The notes under the pieces are model-generated. The model was not told where the DNA came from and searched no databases. It saw only the letters and a list, made by a program, of their open reading frames with translations. A stretch of 63,981 bases of DNA, filler included, from Lenisia limosa (taxonomy: Eukaryota > Protista > Breviatea): assembly GCA_001655205.1 (NCBI GenBank). It is 9 parts of 9 records of this genome, joined end to end, with 100 filler letters (N's around TTAATTAATTAA, not from the genome) between each part and the next. Parts side by side here need not be neighbours in the genome. Positions count along the whole stretch, not along the records: positions 23,862 to 50,715 come from LPNZ01005678.1; positions 50,816 to 53,865 come from LPNZ01000665.1; positions 53,966 to 60,201 come from LPNZ01011126.1; 6 more parts are not named here. One strand, written 5' to 3'. Shown here one piece after another: positions 42,793-54,492 of the stretch; position 1 is the first letter of the stretch; the number at the start of each line of letters is the position of its first letter. Both the position numbers and the translations under genes were made by a program.

Positions 42793-45700
42793 ATGAGCTA
42801 CTATGCTACCTTGCATACTCCACAAAAGAGATCGGAACCTGAAATGCTTGGTTAGGGGGGGGGGGTAAATACATCGGATAAAGAAGATGTCACCATTCAT
42901 ATTTTCATTATTTAGCCACCCCTATTGTACCCGTGATTGAAGACCAACCCCGACCAGCGCCCCTCCCCGACCATTTGGACCTCAAATTCAACATGAATCA
43001 GTCGACTCTGAGACATATGCCGGCGGCTCATGATACCGTTGCTCATCCTTTCGCTGGCTCCTTCCTTCCCCCTAAACACAAGTTCGACCGTTCGCCCCAA
43101 AGGTCTGTGTGGTTAATAGCGCTGGTCACGGGAGTTCTCTTTTAACCCATCAGAACTGTTGAAGCTTCCTTGGCTGCCTTCAACCAGACCTCCTGCCTAC
43201 CCCCTGCTGAGGACCAGACCGAGTTTTATATCCCAGATTCTGAGGTGGGGATTGCATTAGGGTTTCTCCTTGGGGTATATAAACGCTTCTCTATGAGAAA
43301 AAGACTTGATGAACATATATATCTCTTTAAGAGTGGTTGGGAATTCTTCTTCTCACCCCCCTCCCCCAGATTTCTCGAGGAATGCACCCCCCTCCTGTCA
43401 AGTCCTACAGTTACGATGAAGTTGAGGATGAATCCGAGAACACCGATGAAGATGAGCATAGGCACTTCAAGAGGTAGGCTTCAGCACATTTGAATATCAT
43501 GTAGCGCCAGAGTAGTGGATTGTCTTGGTCTGGTATATTTGGGTTTTCCGTCGCATCGAAAAAAGAACTAATATCTTCAGACAACACACGTATACATTTG
43601 AGCCGGAAAGCCCCCAACAACCGAGGCCTTCTGTCCACTCCGACTCAGTCTTGTCAATGCGTGATGAAGGCTTCACAGCCCCCGCCACATTCCCGTTACG
43701 AACCCACGAGAGTGGACACAAGAACTGGGTCGAAAGCTGCTATATGAAGAGGTCAGAAGAGGAGCTGTTTCAGAATGTTGTACAGCAAATGGCAGCAAAG
43801 GATGTGAAGGACCATAAGCAGGCAGCACAGAGCTACGAACTCCTTTGTCACGAGCGATGCGAGGCCAATGTGAATGGGGTTGTCATTTGATTATCTTTTT
43901 TCTAAAGCGAGGTCATGGCGAAGGCAGATGAAACAGGTTCATGTTTTTAGGGTGCTCATCTCATTGAGTTGAAGAATGAAGGTGCCCCAGCTAGTCAGGT
44001 ATGGGAACCGTATTTTCTCGGAATAGGTCTAATGTATTCAGCTTTCGGCATATTCCGCAGCGACCACTCTTTTCCGCATGGAGCGTAACACATGGAAGCT
44101 CGTCAACCAGCTTTATAAGCGGGACAGAATCAGTAGGAGGGTAACAGGAGCGGATAAATATAACTACTTTGTAGACAGCAGAGCGAAGCCCTCAGGCCGT
44201 CCCGGGAGTTGTCTGCAGGAGGCTGCCCACGTCGTTAACAACGATCCGGAACTGAAAAAGGCGGCTCTTCTTGTCGAGGTTTGGCTCTGTTAACCAGCAC
44301 ATGTCACTGTTCCAGTGGCTGGAGTCCACGGCGGCGGAGTCTGTTTCCTTCTCGGGCGACGGCCACACCATGAACGCAACACGCCATGTTAGTTTAGTAC
44401 CGTGATTGACACTGTTGACATTGCAGGGTCAGAACATGGGTTCGAAGCAGGTGCCGTCTTCATTGGACCCGGACGCCGACGTGAGAGATGGTGTTCAGTG
44501 GCACGCCAACGACCAGGTTCGTGCGGAGTGTGGTGCTGGTGATATGTGGTCGGTATATTTTTGATAAATATCGTTACAGGCTTTTAAGACCCTTTGCAAG
44601 CCTTTGTTGTTATTGTTCTGACCTATTGTACACCATGCATCTGATGGTTTTTGTGCACTCACTGCCCTTTTCATCCTCTTCAGGAAAGCGAAATGCGGTT
44701 CCTTGAAGCGCTGTGGACACTAATTCGCGCTGGTGAGACTGGGCGGCTTTGTCCATCAGTAGCTTTTGTGCAGGCTACTTGAATATTGCTGATTGTTGAT
44801 GTGACATTCGTTTTCTCCCACTCCTTTGCACACTTCTTTTCAAATAACTCCCTCCTTTAACGTGAAAGGCCGAATTAAAGAAGCCGCTAAACATGCCATC
44901 CGTGTGGGTCAGCCGTGGAGAGCAGCAAGCATTGAGGGCGGAACCCTTCACCACCACTCCAATATTTATGGTTGGCTGAAACTTTATTGTACTGTCGGTA
45001 CCATTTTGTTTACACCACTAGGGGAAGCGGATTTGGAGAGTGATGTTGCCGGCAACCCTCGCCATGACCTCTGGGTCTCTACTTGCAGGTCGTTAGCTGA
45101 CTCGGAGGAACTTCCCAAGTTGGAAAGAGCCATTTACGCTGCCTTGTCCGGATACGCCAAACCGGTGGGATGATAGGTTCAGTCGCAATGTCATTGGGTC
45201 CATTGCTGAAGGGTGGATGTCTAACGTGTTTCTTCAGGCTCTTGACGTTTGTAAATCTTGGACCGATCAACTTTGGGTACTTCTTCGTGCACACTACCAG
45301 CAACGGTTGTCTGAGGTTGTGCGTGAAGCCACGTCATCATCCCATGCGACTCAGATTGGAACTGCCCCTACTTCCGAGGATATTCTTGAAGGTGTTGTTC
45401 GAGACCCTCTCCTCTCCATTGAAGATTGCCTCAACTTTTTGGCCGAGTCTGGATCTGAAGCTGTCAAAGCCCAGGTTTGAGGGGAGGAGTCTTCAACTAC
45501 AGAATATGACAAATTTCTGACTTCTTTCAGAGTTTGAGCGTGTTCCCTCAGCTGCAGTCGGCCCTCATGAAGGGTGACATCGGGACGGCAGTGTGCGTTC
45601 TTGCGGCTTGGGCCAGGCCAAAAGGCTCGGATGGCCTTTCAATGTGCCCCTCTCAGGTTTGAGATGGTGCTAATCCTGCACACGTCCCTTGTTATCACTC

Positions 45701-47149
45701 TCAGCTTAAAAAATGACCTTTTAGTGTCTTCGTTTTGCGACTCATCTCATTATGTTCCTCAGAGAATCTGGTAGAGGGAGGGATGTCAAATGATGTTCAA
45801 TTTATGAGATCTCTTGATCGCCTGTTACACTCCTCCCCCCCCCCACAGGAGAGGATATCGATAAATTAGCGATGGAGTCCCTGAGTAAGCAACAACCCCA
45901 TAGCAGTGTTGTTGAGGCCTTGACCAGATTGGAGCTATTACCCTCGGATGTCGTCATCACAAGCTATATTTCGGTATGAATCAGATGAGATATAATCGGA
46001 ACTTACCACGATTGTTTTTAGCAAACTCACGCCACAGCACCTTTTGGCATGGTCGAAGTTCAACCTTGTGCCGTGCTATATCTCGGAAGTTTCTGTTGAC
46101 CTTCAACCCTCCACCATCAACCAGCTCTTCAAATCCCTTGTGTCCGAGCCAAATGAGGTGGGTTTTGATCGTCCTTGTCCGCTTATTCCGAAGGTTGTGG
46201 AACAGGTTCGGTACCTTCTGGTTCTCGAAGGTCTTCATTTACCGGAAGAAAACGAAGAAAACATCCATGAGAGCCAGTTCACTCTCGATAATACTAACGG
46301 TAGGCATCCAAGATATCTTTCCTCGTACCTTCCCCCGCAGAATCAACTAGAATAGCCTTTGTTTTGTTTTTCAACAGTCTTTTTTTGCATCCATACACTA
46401 CCCACTTCACTTGCCCCCTTCCCCCAGCAACATCAGCGATTGAAGAGTACCAAAAACACCACTCAACAAAGCCGGCAACGTCACATCCGCTTTATGAGGA
46501 ATGGCACCACCGCAGCATACAACTGGCAACGGTTGCCGAGGAGGTGAGTCATGCGGCGACTTTTGCCCACTTGTTCAATTGAGTTTTGTGTGTTGTCGCC
46601 TCTTTTTCGATGAAATGGTTTTGTTTCCAGACTTTGCATTTTATAGCACAGCACTGTCTGAAGGTGCTTCGAACCGGCAGCATCAGGAACCATGTTTTGG
46701 ATGTGAGTGGAGGTGACCAACTTACTATGCTGTTCTCCGATTGTTTTACGATATTAGACGTCAGCTCAAGCAGAGGATCGCTTCGAATATCTACGTTCAG
46801 AATCTCTGCCGAGACATGTATGTTGGGTTTTTAGACAATTGTTAAGCTGCCACCCACTGACACACTAGGCATTCAGTTTGATTGACATGCTAATCTCCGT
46901 CGGCCGTCCGGATAGGGCATTTGCTGTCGTCAATATCATTTCCGACCCCTTCTATGCTGTCTATGAGGTAAGCTGCATTCTTTGCATAAGGACCAAGGAA
47001 AACGTCAGTCATCCCCCGACATATTGTTTCTTTGACCCATATCACAGACAATGAGCCCTCGCGACTTCACTGCAATTCTCGGCCTTCTGAGAAAAGCTTC
47101 GATTGACTGTATGGCGAGTGGAAAGGACTGTTTCGGATTCCCAATGTAG
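42793..47149 (+). CDS. NUP107: Nuclear pore complex protein Nup107/Nup84
   Basis: ERNTWKLVNQLY, QWLE, SLDPDA, LWTLIRAG, GQPWRAASIEGG, ERAIYAALSG, CKSWTDQLWVLLRA: ordered motifs typical of the Nup84/Nup107 family; ends …GFPM*. Confidence 0.85.
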
Positions 47150-47242
47150 TGCTGTTGTGACGCGTTGTTCCCAACATAATACCCAACTTGACTACCCCAA
47201 ACATGCATTCTAGAACTATTCTATCCACAGAAAAATACCAAA

Positions 47243-49582
47243 CTATTCCATATTTAACATGGGGTTTTCCAACTCCACAGGTTCCAGTTCTTGAATATCC
47301 ACAAGTTCCTGAGATGTTAATATGAAAAAGAAGAAGACAGATCTTCTTACGTCATGGGCTTTGATGAGCGCACGCGCCACAGTCTGCGCGCGACTCACTG
47401 TCATTTGTTCGTTGATGCCATTGACAAGCTCATCACAATCTGAGTGGGTTACACCAAGAATAATTTACAAAGGCAAAAGTGAAGGTTTGGTTTGAACCCA
47501 AGGGAATGCCACCAGTACCCACAAGTGTCATGGGAGGGAGCCTCATGAATGACGGCCATAATCAAGTTGACAGTACTCCAGGTCAGCTCCAGGGGTGGCG
47601 GTGGTGACGTGGAGCTCAGGTATGGCAAGAGGGTGAGAAGACCATCAACACATTCGGAGAGGTACAGACCCTTCTGTATGATTGCAGGCCAAATGAGTTT
47701 TTCGATTCCCGAAAGGAAAAGATGGATACTTGTCGCACAGTGCCCTCCTAGACAATGTTGATCTTTAACAAGCATATGAAGAAATCTCAAAATAGTTTTT
47801 TTTTATTTGACGATAGAGAAAACTGATCAAACTTACCGTCATTGAAAGCACCAATAAACTCAGGAATCAACTGGGCGATGTCTCTGAGCAGATTGTCGTC
47901 CACCGCATTGAAAACTCGATGGTCCCCGACAATTGTTCCAAACGAACCTAAGCAGTTAACAGATTGGCCATGATACTGTTGCATAAGCTCAAAAGCGATG
48001 TTCAGCATTTAAAATTAGGAGAAAAAGAGTGGGCTTTAGCCAGTTACTTATGATATTAAATACATAGAAATGAGAAATAAAAAATAAGGTTGCATCTGGT
48101 CGAAGCCGTCCACACCACCACGATATAATATGATTATGATAATCATATGGGAATAAATGATGGGATAGTACAATATACCATTTGCAAAATATAATACTTA
48201 CCCAAAATAAAGGTATGAAGACTTTTCAGCTCTTTTATGTCAATCGAAGGCATCTGAAATGATAAGTTATGAGGAGCAGGGGTGCCAACCGAGAGGATGT
48301 CAACAAAGCAACGGAACACTTCGATAACGTGTTGAGGAGTTGTCTGTGTGTCACGTTCTGTTTAATCATAAATGAGCTTAATTACAGCGAGTCACATTGA
48401 AACCTCCCTCACCACATCCAGGCCACTGGAACACAATCCCAGAGAGGGCGGCAATAGAAGCAAACGCAGAGAGCCACATTTCGGATGCAATGCAGTTCAT
48501 GGTAGTACTGGCAATGTTGCGTGAAATAATTGATAACTGTGCACCAAAGTGGGGACCTAAGCAAGTCAGAAAGAGGTTGGTTTATTAATATTATTGATCT
48601 GTTCAACTTGGAGAGTAAGCAAGCTCACTTGAGGGGTCCAGACGGAAGACCAGGAGTTTAATGATCAGAATGCCAATGGCTCTGGATTGTGAACAAGAAA
48701 AATACACGAGAGCCAAGCGAGAAGTACTCACCTTTCTGTATCTGATGGATCGCTGAGATATGGTCTCATAAGATTGATGGCGCTTTCAACAGCCTCCAAG
48801 GACAGGCCTGGTTTGTTAACAGGAAGTGGAAATAAACAACGAGCAGTAGCCAACATTCGAAGTTACTAGGGAGGGCAACGGCTGCGATCCACATCACATG
48901 CTCCAGATATGAGATTCCTTCCGGGGGAGTGGCATTACTCGCAACTAAATGAACATAAGGAAAGAGACCTGAAACTTGCAAACAAACAGATGCATTAGGA
49001 GAAAGGTAAAAAAGGTGATGGTGCTATTAAGCAAATAATGGTAATGATTAGGTTTTATAATATTTTACAATAATTGAATTAATCCATAATATAGTATGAT
49101 GTACGTTGTCGAAAGCAGCACAAAGTTGCAAGGCAAATAACAGTAGAAGCAGCATGATAGTCTATGTACCTTCGGGTAAAAATACACGCCGATTCCATTC
49201 AACTTATTTCAGCAACGCAATATTATGATTTTAAAGAAGTTTTTACCCCCCCCCCCCAANNNNNNNNNNNNNNNNNNNNNNNNNNNNNNNNNNNNNNNNN
49301 NNNNNNNNNNNNNNNNNNNNNNNNCCTCACGGATCTCCTCAAGTTGGGCTGTAACATTAAGAAAGGCACACAAGGGCCAATACTTTTTATATTTAACGTT
49401 AAATATAATTCGCATATTGCAAATATGGCGGTTGAAGATTGTGAGATGAATGTGACAGCAGACGCCCAAAGAAGCCGCAAACGCATGTGAACGTTTCTTT
49501 TCCTAATGGAACAAATGGGCAGAACCTGCCTACCATGATACTCTTCAGGAACATCAAGGTCCTGAATATCAAGAAACGTCAT
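47243..49582 (-). CDS. Hypothetical alpha-solenoid (HEAT/ARM-like) protein; 5' end uncertain (may extend to ~50600)
   Basis: Phase-compatible helical exons e.g. LSLEAVESAINLMRPYLSDP, VIEVFRCFVDILSVG, LNIAFELMQQYHGQSVNCLGSFGTIV…, DELVNGINEQMTVSRAQTVARALIKAHD|ELVDIQELEPVELENPMLNME*. Confidence 0.5.
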
Positions 49583-50839
49583 ATTCCAAAAAAAGTTTTT
49601 CTAAACTGAAATAATAGATCGTTGGGCAAAGAATGTTCAGGTGACTATCACAAATACAACAACGGCAACCACTCCTGGCCCTGTTTTAAGTATGAAACGC
49701 AACTAACTCTTTAAATAGCCAAGGAATAGGTTTAGATTAAAGGTTGGAAGGTTTGTGCACCAACAAGTATTAAGGGCTGGATGGAGTATTTTAAAATATT
49801 CTAGCGAATTTACTGGAATTTTCATCTCTTTTCAGGTTTGGAACGGCCGGAAAAAGTCTTTTATTGAAAACTGTTGCCATTGGGACTGTCATGGTATCAA
49901 GTTCATAACAGGAAAGTGAATTGAATTGCCTCTTTCTGGGTATTGAAGGCTGTGGTGGAGCTTAGCTCTCTTGATAGCCAGTTTTTGTTCACTTGTTCCT
50001 TCTGAGTGTTCACAAAAATGGGGATAGTACCGAAGTATCCACGTGAACTCGGCACTCCCGATGAGTTGACGCCTCTCTCCAAGTTCAGATTGGTAAACAG
50101 GAGATTTTGAAGCAGAGCCGTTAAAGATTCCTATTCTTCCACCTCTTACACTCTAGTTATGTGCAACATTCTCTTATCTTGGTGTACAGTTCGGATGTGG
50201 GTTCCGGGAAGATTTTGGTCCACAATATATATTATGAATATTTGGTGTCATTCTTTTAACACTTTAGGGGGCCTGCGTATTTTGTTCACAACCCCGATTT
50301 TCTCTTCCTTGGGGGTTCCATCTCTTTGGCTCTCTGTTGTGGTTTGTGGGGATGGCATTGAATTGTTTTTTGACGATGATTGGCAGGCATTTCTCATATC
50401 TTAGTGGGCAGTGGGTCCTATTGTTGGATTCCTCGTTATGCCTCTCGCGGGAACCTTCTCTGACAAGTGAGGATTTAATCTCATGCTTCTTATCCCGTAG
50501 TTTGACGAGCTCATGGGGAAGAAGGCGTCCTGTTATTCTTTTTGGTTCTCTCACTATTAGTGGGCTGGGGAGAGTCAAAAGGCTTCATGGTCACGCTTGT
50601 TCCTTATTTTGCTTTATTGGTTACGCTGGGATAACAGAGGATTGTAAAATCGACTTGCTTGGTTTAAAAGATCCTCAAAAATGATATGAATTAACATTAT
50701 ATGATAAATACTGTANNNNNNNNNNNNNNNNNNNNNNNNNNNNNNNNNNNNNNNNNNNNTTAATTAATTAANNNNNNNNNNNNNNNNNNNNNNNNNNNNN
50801 NNNNNNNNNNNNNNNAGATATTCTCTCCTCTCACCTCCC

Positions 50840-53800
50840 AGCTCCCTCCTCGCGCATTCGGAGCTTCCGCCGCGCCTCGTGGACGCCCTCCCCTCAAACA
50901 TCCGGGTGTCCCTTGCCCTTGTTCATCGCACGTCAGGAACCCCCCTTGTGGCTTGGTCCGGCTTCATCGCCTCTAATGCTCCCGAGAGTGGTTAGAGGGC
51001 TTCTCTTGTGCATTGGATGGAGCTAATTGTTATTGTGGTTTCAAGCTTATCAAAAGAAGAAATTGTGTTGCATTATATTCAATTCATCTATCAATAATAT
51101 CCACTTTAATATGATATTATGATATTATGATATGTATCACCCCCAACCCTGTATGCTGGAGTGATGGGATGTGGTGCTACAGAAGCGACTAACCTGGGCT
51201 TTGTTTGGAGTGATGGGATGCGGTGCTGCAGAAGCTACTGGCCTGGGCTTTTTTTCTTTTTTTTTTTGTTACCAACCCTCGTGTGTTATCAGCCAACAGA
51301 GTTGATTTTGGGCTATTTTCCCCCCAAAAATTTCCAATTTTACACCCAACAAACTCCTGACCTCTGCAGCAGGCAGTCGGCGATCGAGTGTGAGTAGTCC
51401 GCCGGTACCGTTACCGCCTAGTCCACGAACTGTCAACTTAAGAACTAGTGATATTGGTGGGTTATGTGAAGACATTGGTTGACTATGTGGTGATATTGGT
51501 TGGGTATGTACCGACATTGGTGAGTTATGTGTAGGGCTTACCTACGGTCCCAAAAAAGACTGAATTTCTCGCTATATCCTCAATAAATATCGAAATTTGG
51601 CCGGTTTTTCGGACCGCAGGGAAAAACTAGTTATGTGGTAATTATGATGGTGGTGGGAGGGGTACTTGTCTTCTACAACATTCTCTGTATCAACTGCAAA
51701 ATTAGCTCCATCATGCACATCTCCATATGATGTATGCTGGGGAGGCACGCAGAAATTGTGTGCACTGAGTTAAGGCAAATGATTGGGTGAATTAAAATAT
51801 CTGTTATAAGCGTTATGATGTGGACGGCTTTGGCCAGATAACCTCATCTCTATAAATTACGAAATTACCAACGTTCGCAGGTCTGGGCGCCTTAGCCGCC
51901 GGCGAGAGTGTCCGGAACTCCCTGCAATGCAATACCCCGTCCTGGGCTTGGAATGTTGATAGTGAGCCTCCACTGAAAAGGACCAATTCAAGGAGTTCAA
52001 ACTCCCGCTCGGTCTCACCGCAGCCTCAGGTTCGAGAGGTATTGTTTTTGTTGGGAGTGTAATACATAATTCACAGCGATAATCCCTAATTCAATAATGT
52101 AACTCCTCTTCACAATTCAATTCCTTCCTTCACAATCACTTACCTCTTCAGTCCCCCAGCTTGCCCGTGCCTTCGCCCCTTGTCAACAGTGTTTCCCTCC
52201 CGGATGCGAGCGAAGCTATCGAAACTGAGGTATTCTTCGTCCTAACTCCATCCTTGTCTTTGCACTTTTTCTCTCCTGTCACCCCCTTTCGCTTTCCTTT
52301 TTCATCCTAATACCCTTTTTGTTTCTCTTCCTTGACTCTTGATTTTTTCTCCTCAGGTTAAAAGCCAGCTGAGCTGATGCCTTTTTTTTTTTATGCGTTT
52401 TTTAATATCGTGGAAAATATTTATTTGACTTTGTACAATTCATTTCAAAATTATTTAAATGATCAAGTTAGGGCCATTTCAGATTCTCATCACCCCGCAG
52501 ACAGCCGCACCCCCCATGATTGTGCCGGTTATATCCGTGCGATTACGTCAGCGATCCGGCCTACTTGGTGACCAGCAGGTGAGCACCGGTCTCAGCCCGG
52601 CGCCGTACCTGTCAAAACTAGGTGAGGCACACATACTACTTGATGATATAACACATGCATATTACATAATATGTATGGATATACATGTATATTACATATG
52701 ATATAATATATCATATGATATATAGGGCTTCACTTCGGTTCGAAAAATACCGGTAAAATATCGATAAATTTCGAGGATTTATCGAGAAATTTAGTCTTTT
52801 TTCGAACTGAAGTGAAGCCCTCATGATGCATGTTAGTATATTAACAACGGATACCTGGGGTACCTGTCAAAATTAGATGAAATATTTGCCCATGAGTCTC
52901 ATTCAGCAGTGGAGGTCTTGAAGACTTTTTCCAGTGCTTCTGCTCTTGCCGACATTTACGACCCACTTCCCAAGCCAGTTTGGGGGTGTTTTCGCTTGGA
53001 AATTCGCAAGCGTGTTTAAACAGCAGCTTTTTTTTTTTGATTCAATTCTTTTTAAAGAGCAAGGTTTAAATTTTAACTATTCAAAAGAGCAACTAATTGC
53101 AGCACTTCTGTCATATTCTGTCTAATTTGTACGACGGCTACATATATGTATATTAACATCAACAGGTGTGCTTCCCCCTTGCCCACGCTGCCACCGCGTC
53201 CCTCCTCTCACCCCCCGCCACCGTCACCCCTGTCAACCCCTTGTCTTCTGTGGGTATTTGCTTTGGTTGCCATTTGACATTTTACTCTCCTGTGATGGGT
53301 CTTGCTTGACAAGGGCTTCACTTCGGTTCAAAATAAGTCTGAATTTCTCGGTAAATCTTCGATAAATATCGAACTTTATCAGTCTTTTTCGAACTGAAGT
53401 GAAGCCCTAGTCAAGACTTTCCTTGGGGAAACCATACAGCAAATCAGTCAAAGCTTAAGGTATATATCCAGGAGAGAGGAGTGCACTGAGGTCTGAGGTT
53501 CAAGACATATTACATACCCCCATTATTATGTTGGGTGTTCCGTGTTAAGCCAACAGAGTTGATTTTGGGCTTTATTTTCTCCATTTTTACCCCCACGACA
53601 GGAAGAAGAAATTGACATTTCCTCTTCTGATCCCCACACCCCGCAATTTGGCGTTATCCCTCCCACACCGCCCACGGCTCGCCCCGGGCATAAGGCTAAG
53701 GTATGAGAGAGAGGGAGAGGGAGGGAAGGGGAGTGAAATGGTACAAAATATCTTACTGCAGGCGAGGAGGATATTGCTTGTTCCAATATGAGTCTTATCC
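50840..53800 (+). CDS. Partial hypothetical Ser/Pro-rich protein (both ends missing)
   Basis: Small exons bounded by AG/GT: SLLAHSELPPRLVDALPSNIRVSLALVHRTSG…, GSRRSSVSSPPVPLPPSPR…, PSLPVPSPLVNSVSLPD…, EEEIDISSSDPHTPQFGVIPPTPPT…. Confidence 0.45.
51140..51345 (+). repeat. 'Acceptor element' copy with internal tandem duplication of its 5' part
   Basis: GGAGTGATGGGATG(T/C)GGTGCT…CCTGGGCTTT occurs twice, followed by CCAACAGAGTTGATTTTGGGC…TTTCCAATTTTACACCC ~20 nt before the acceptor. Confidence 0.85.
51533..51628. mobile_element. MITE-like element, subfamily B
   Basis: AGGGCTTACCTACGGTCCCAAAAAAGACTG…GGTTTTTCGGACCGCAGGGA. Confidence 0.7.
52724..52821. mobile_element. MITE-like element, subfamily A (98 bp)
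   Basis: Terminal inverted repeats AGGGCTTCACTTCGGTTCGAAAAA / TTTTTCGAACTGAAGTGAAGCCCT; non-coding AT-rich core (AAATATCGATAAAT…GATTTATCGAGAAAT); intronic. Confidence 0.8.
53312..53408. mobile_element. MITE-like element, subfamily A (97 bp)
   Basis: Same TIRs as 52724-52821, with the core in the opposite orientation. Confidence 0.8.
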
Positions 53801-54492
53801 GTGTACGATACTACTTATCTAAATATATCATATATAATGAGATCTTTTTTTACATGTACTATATCNNNNNNNNNNNNNNNNNNNNNNNNNNNNNNNNNNN
53901 NNNNNNNNNTTAATTAATTAANNNNNNNNNNNNNNNNNNNNNNNNNNNNNNNNNNNNNNNNNNNNAATATTGACGACAAAATATACAAAATAGGTAAAAA
54001 CAGTTGAGTCATTTCCAAAAAAAAATAAAACCCAGAATAAATGATCCCAAATAACATATAATAAGCTCAAATTCCAATATAATATGGAAACAACCCAGAC
54101 AAAATTATCCCGAGAGCGATTTTCATACACACCCCGCCTACCTCGAGATAATGACGATTTCGGTGAAATTCACGCACAACTCGGTGAAATTATTCACGAT
54201 GATTAGTAAAAGTCTGTCGTCAGTTCTCGTCACAAATTTACTTACAAATCAAATAAAATGCAGGAAAATCCATAAAATTGTTGTGGCTATCAGACTGTAT
54301 ACTTTTTATCAAGGGGTAAAATATCACTTTTCTATCAAAAAATTGTCGCTGTTCAAAAAAAAAAAAATCGGGCTTATAAAGGGGAAAAAAATCAATTCAC
54401 GGATTTTTTGAAAAATTGCAAAAATGATTTTTGAGCAGTTCTGAACACTTTTCATTTTTTTGAAAAAATATCACATTTCCAAAAAATATCAC

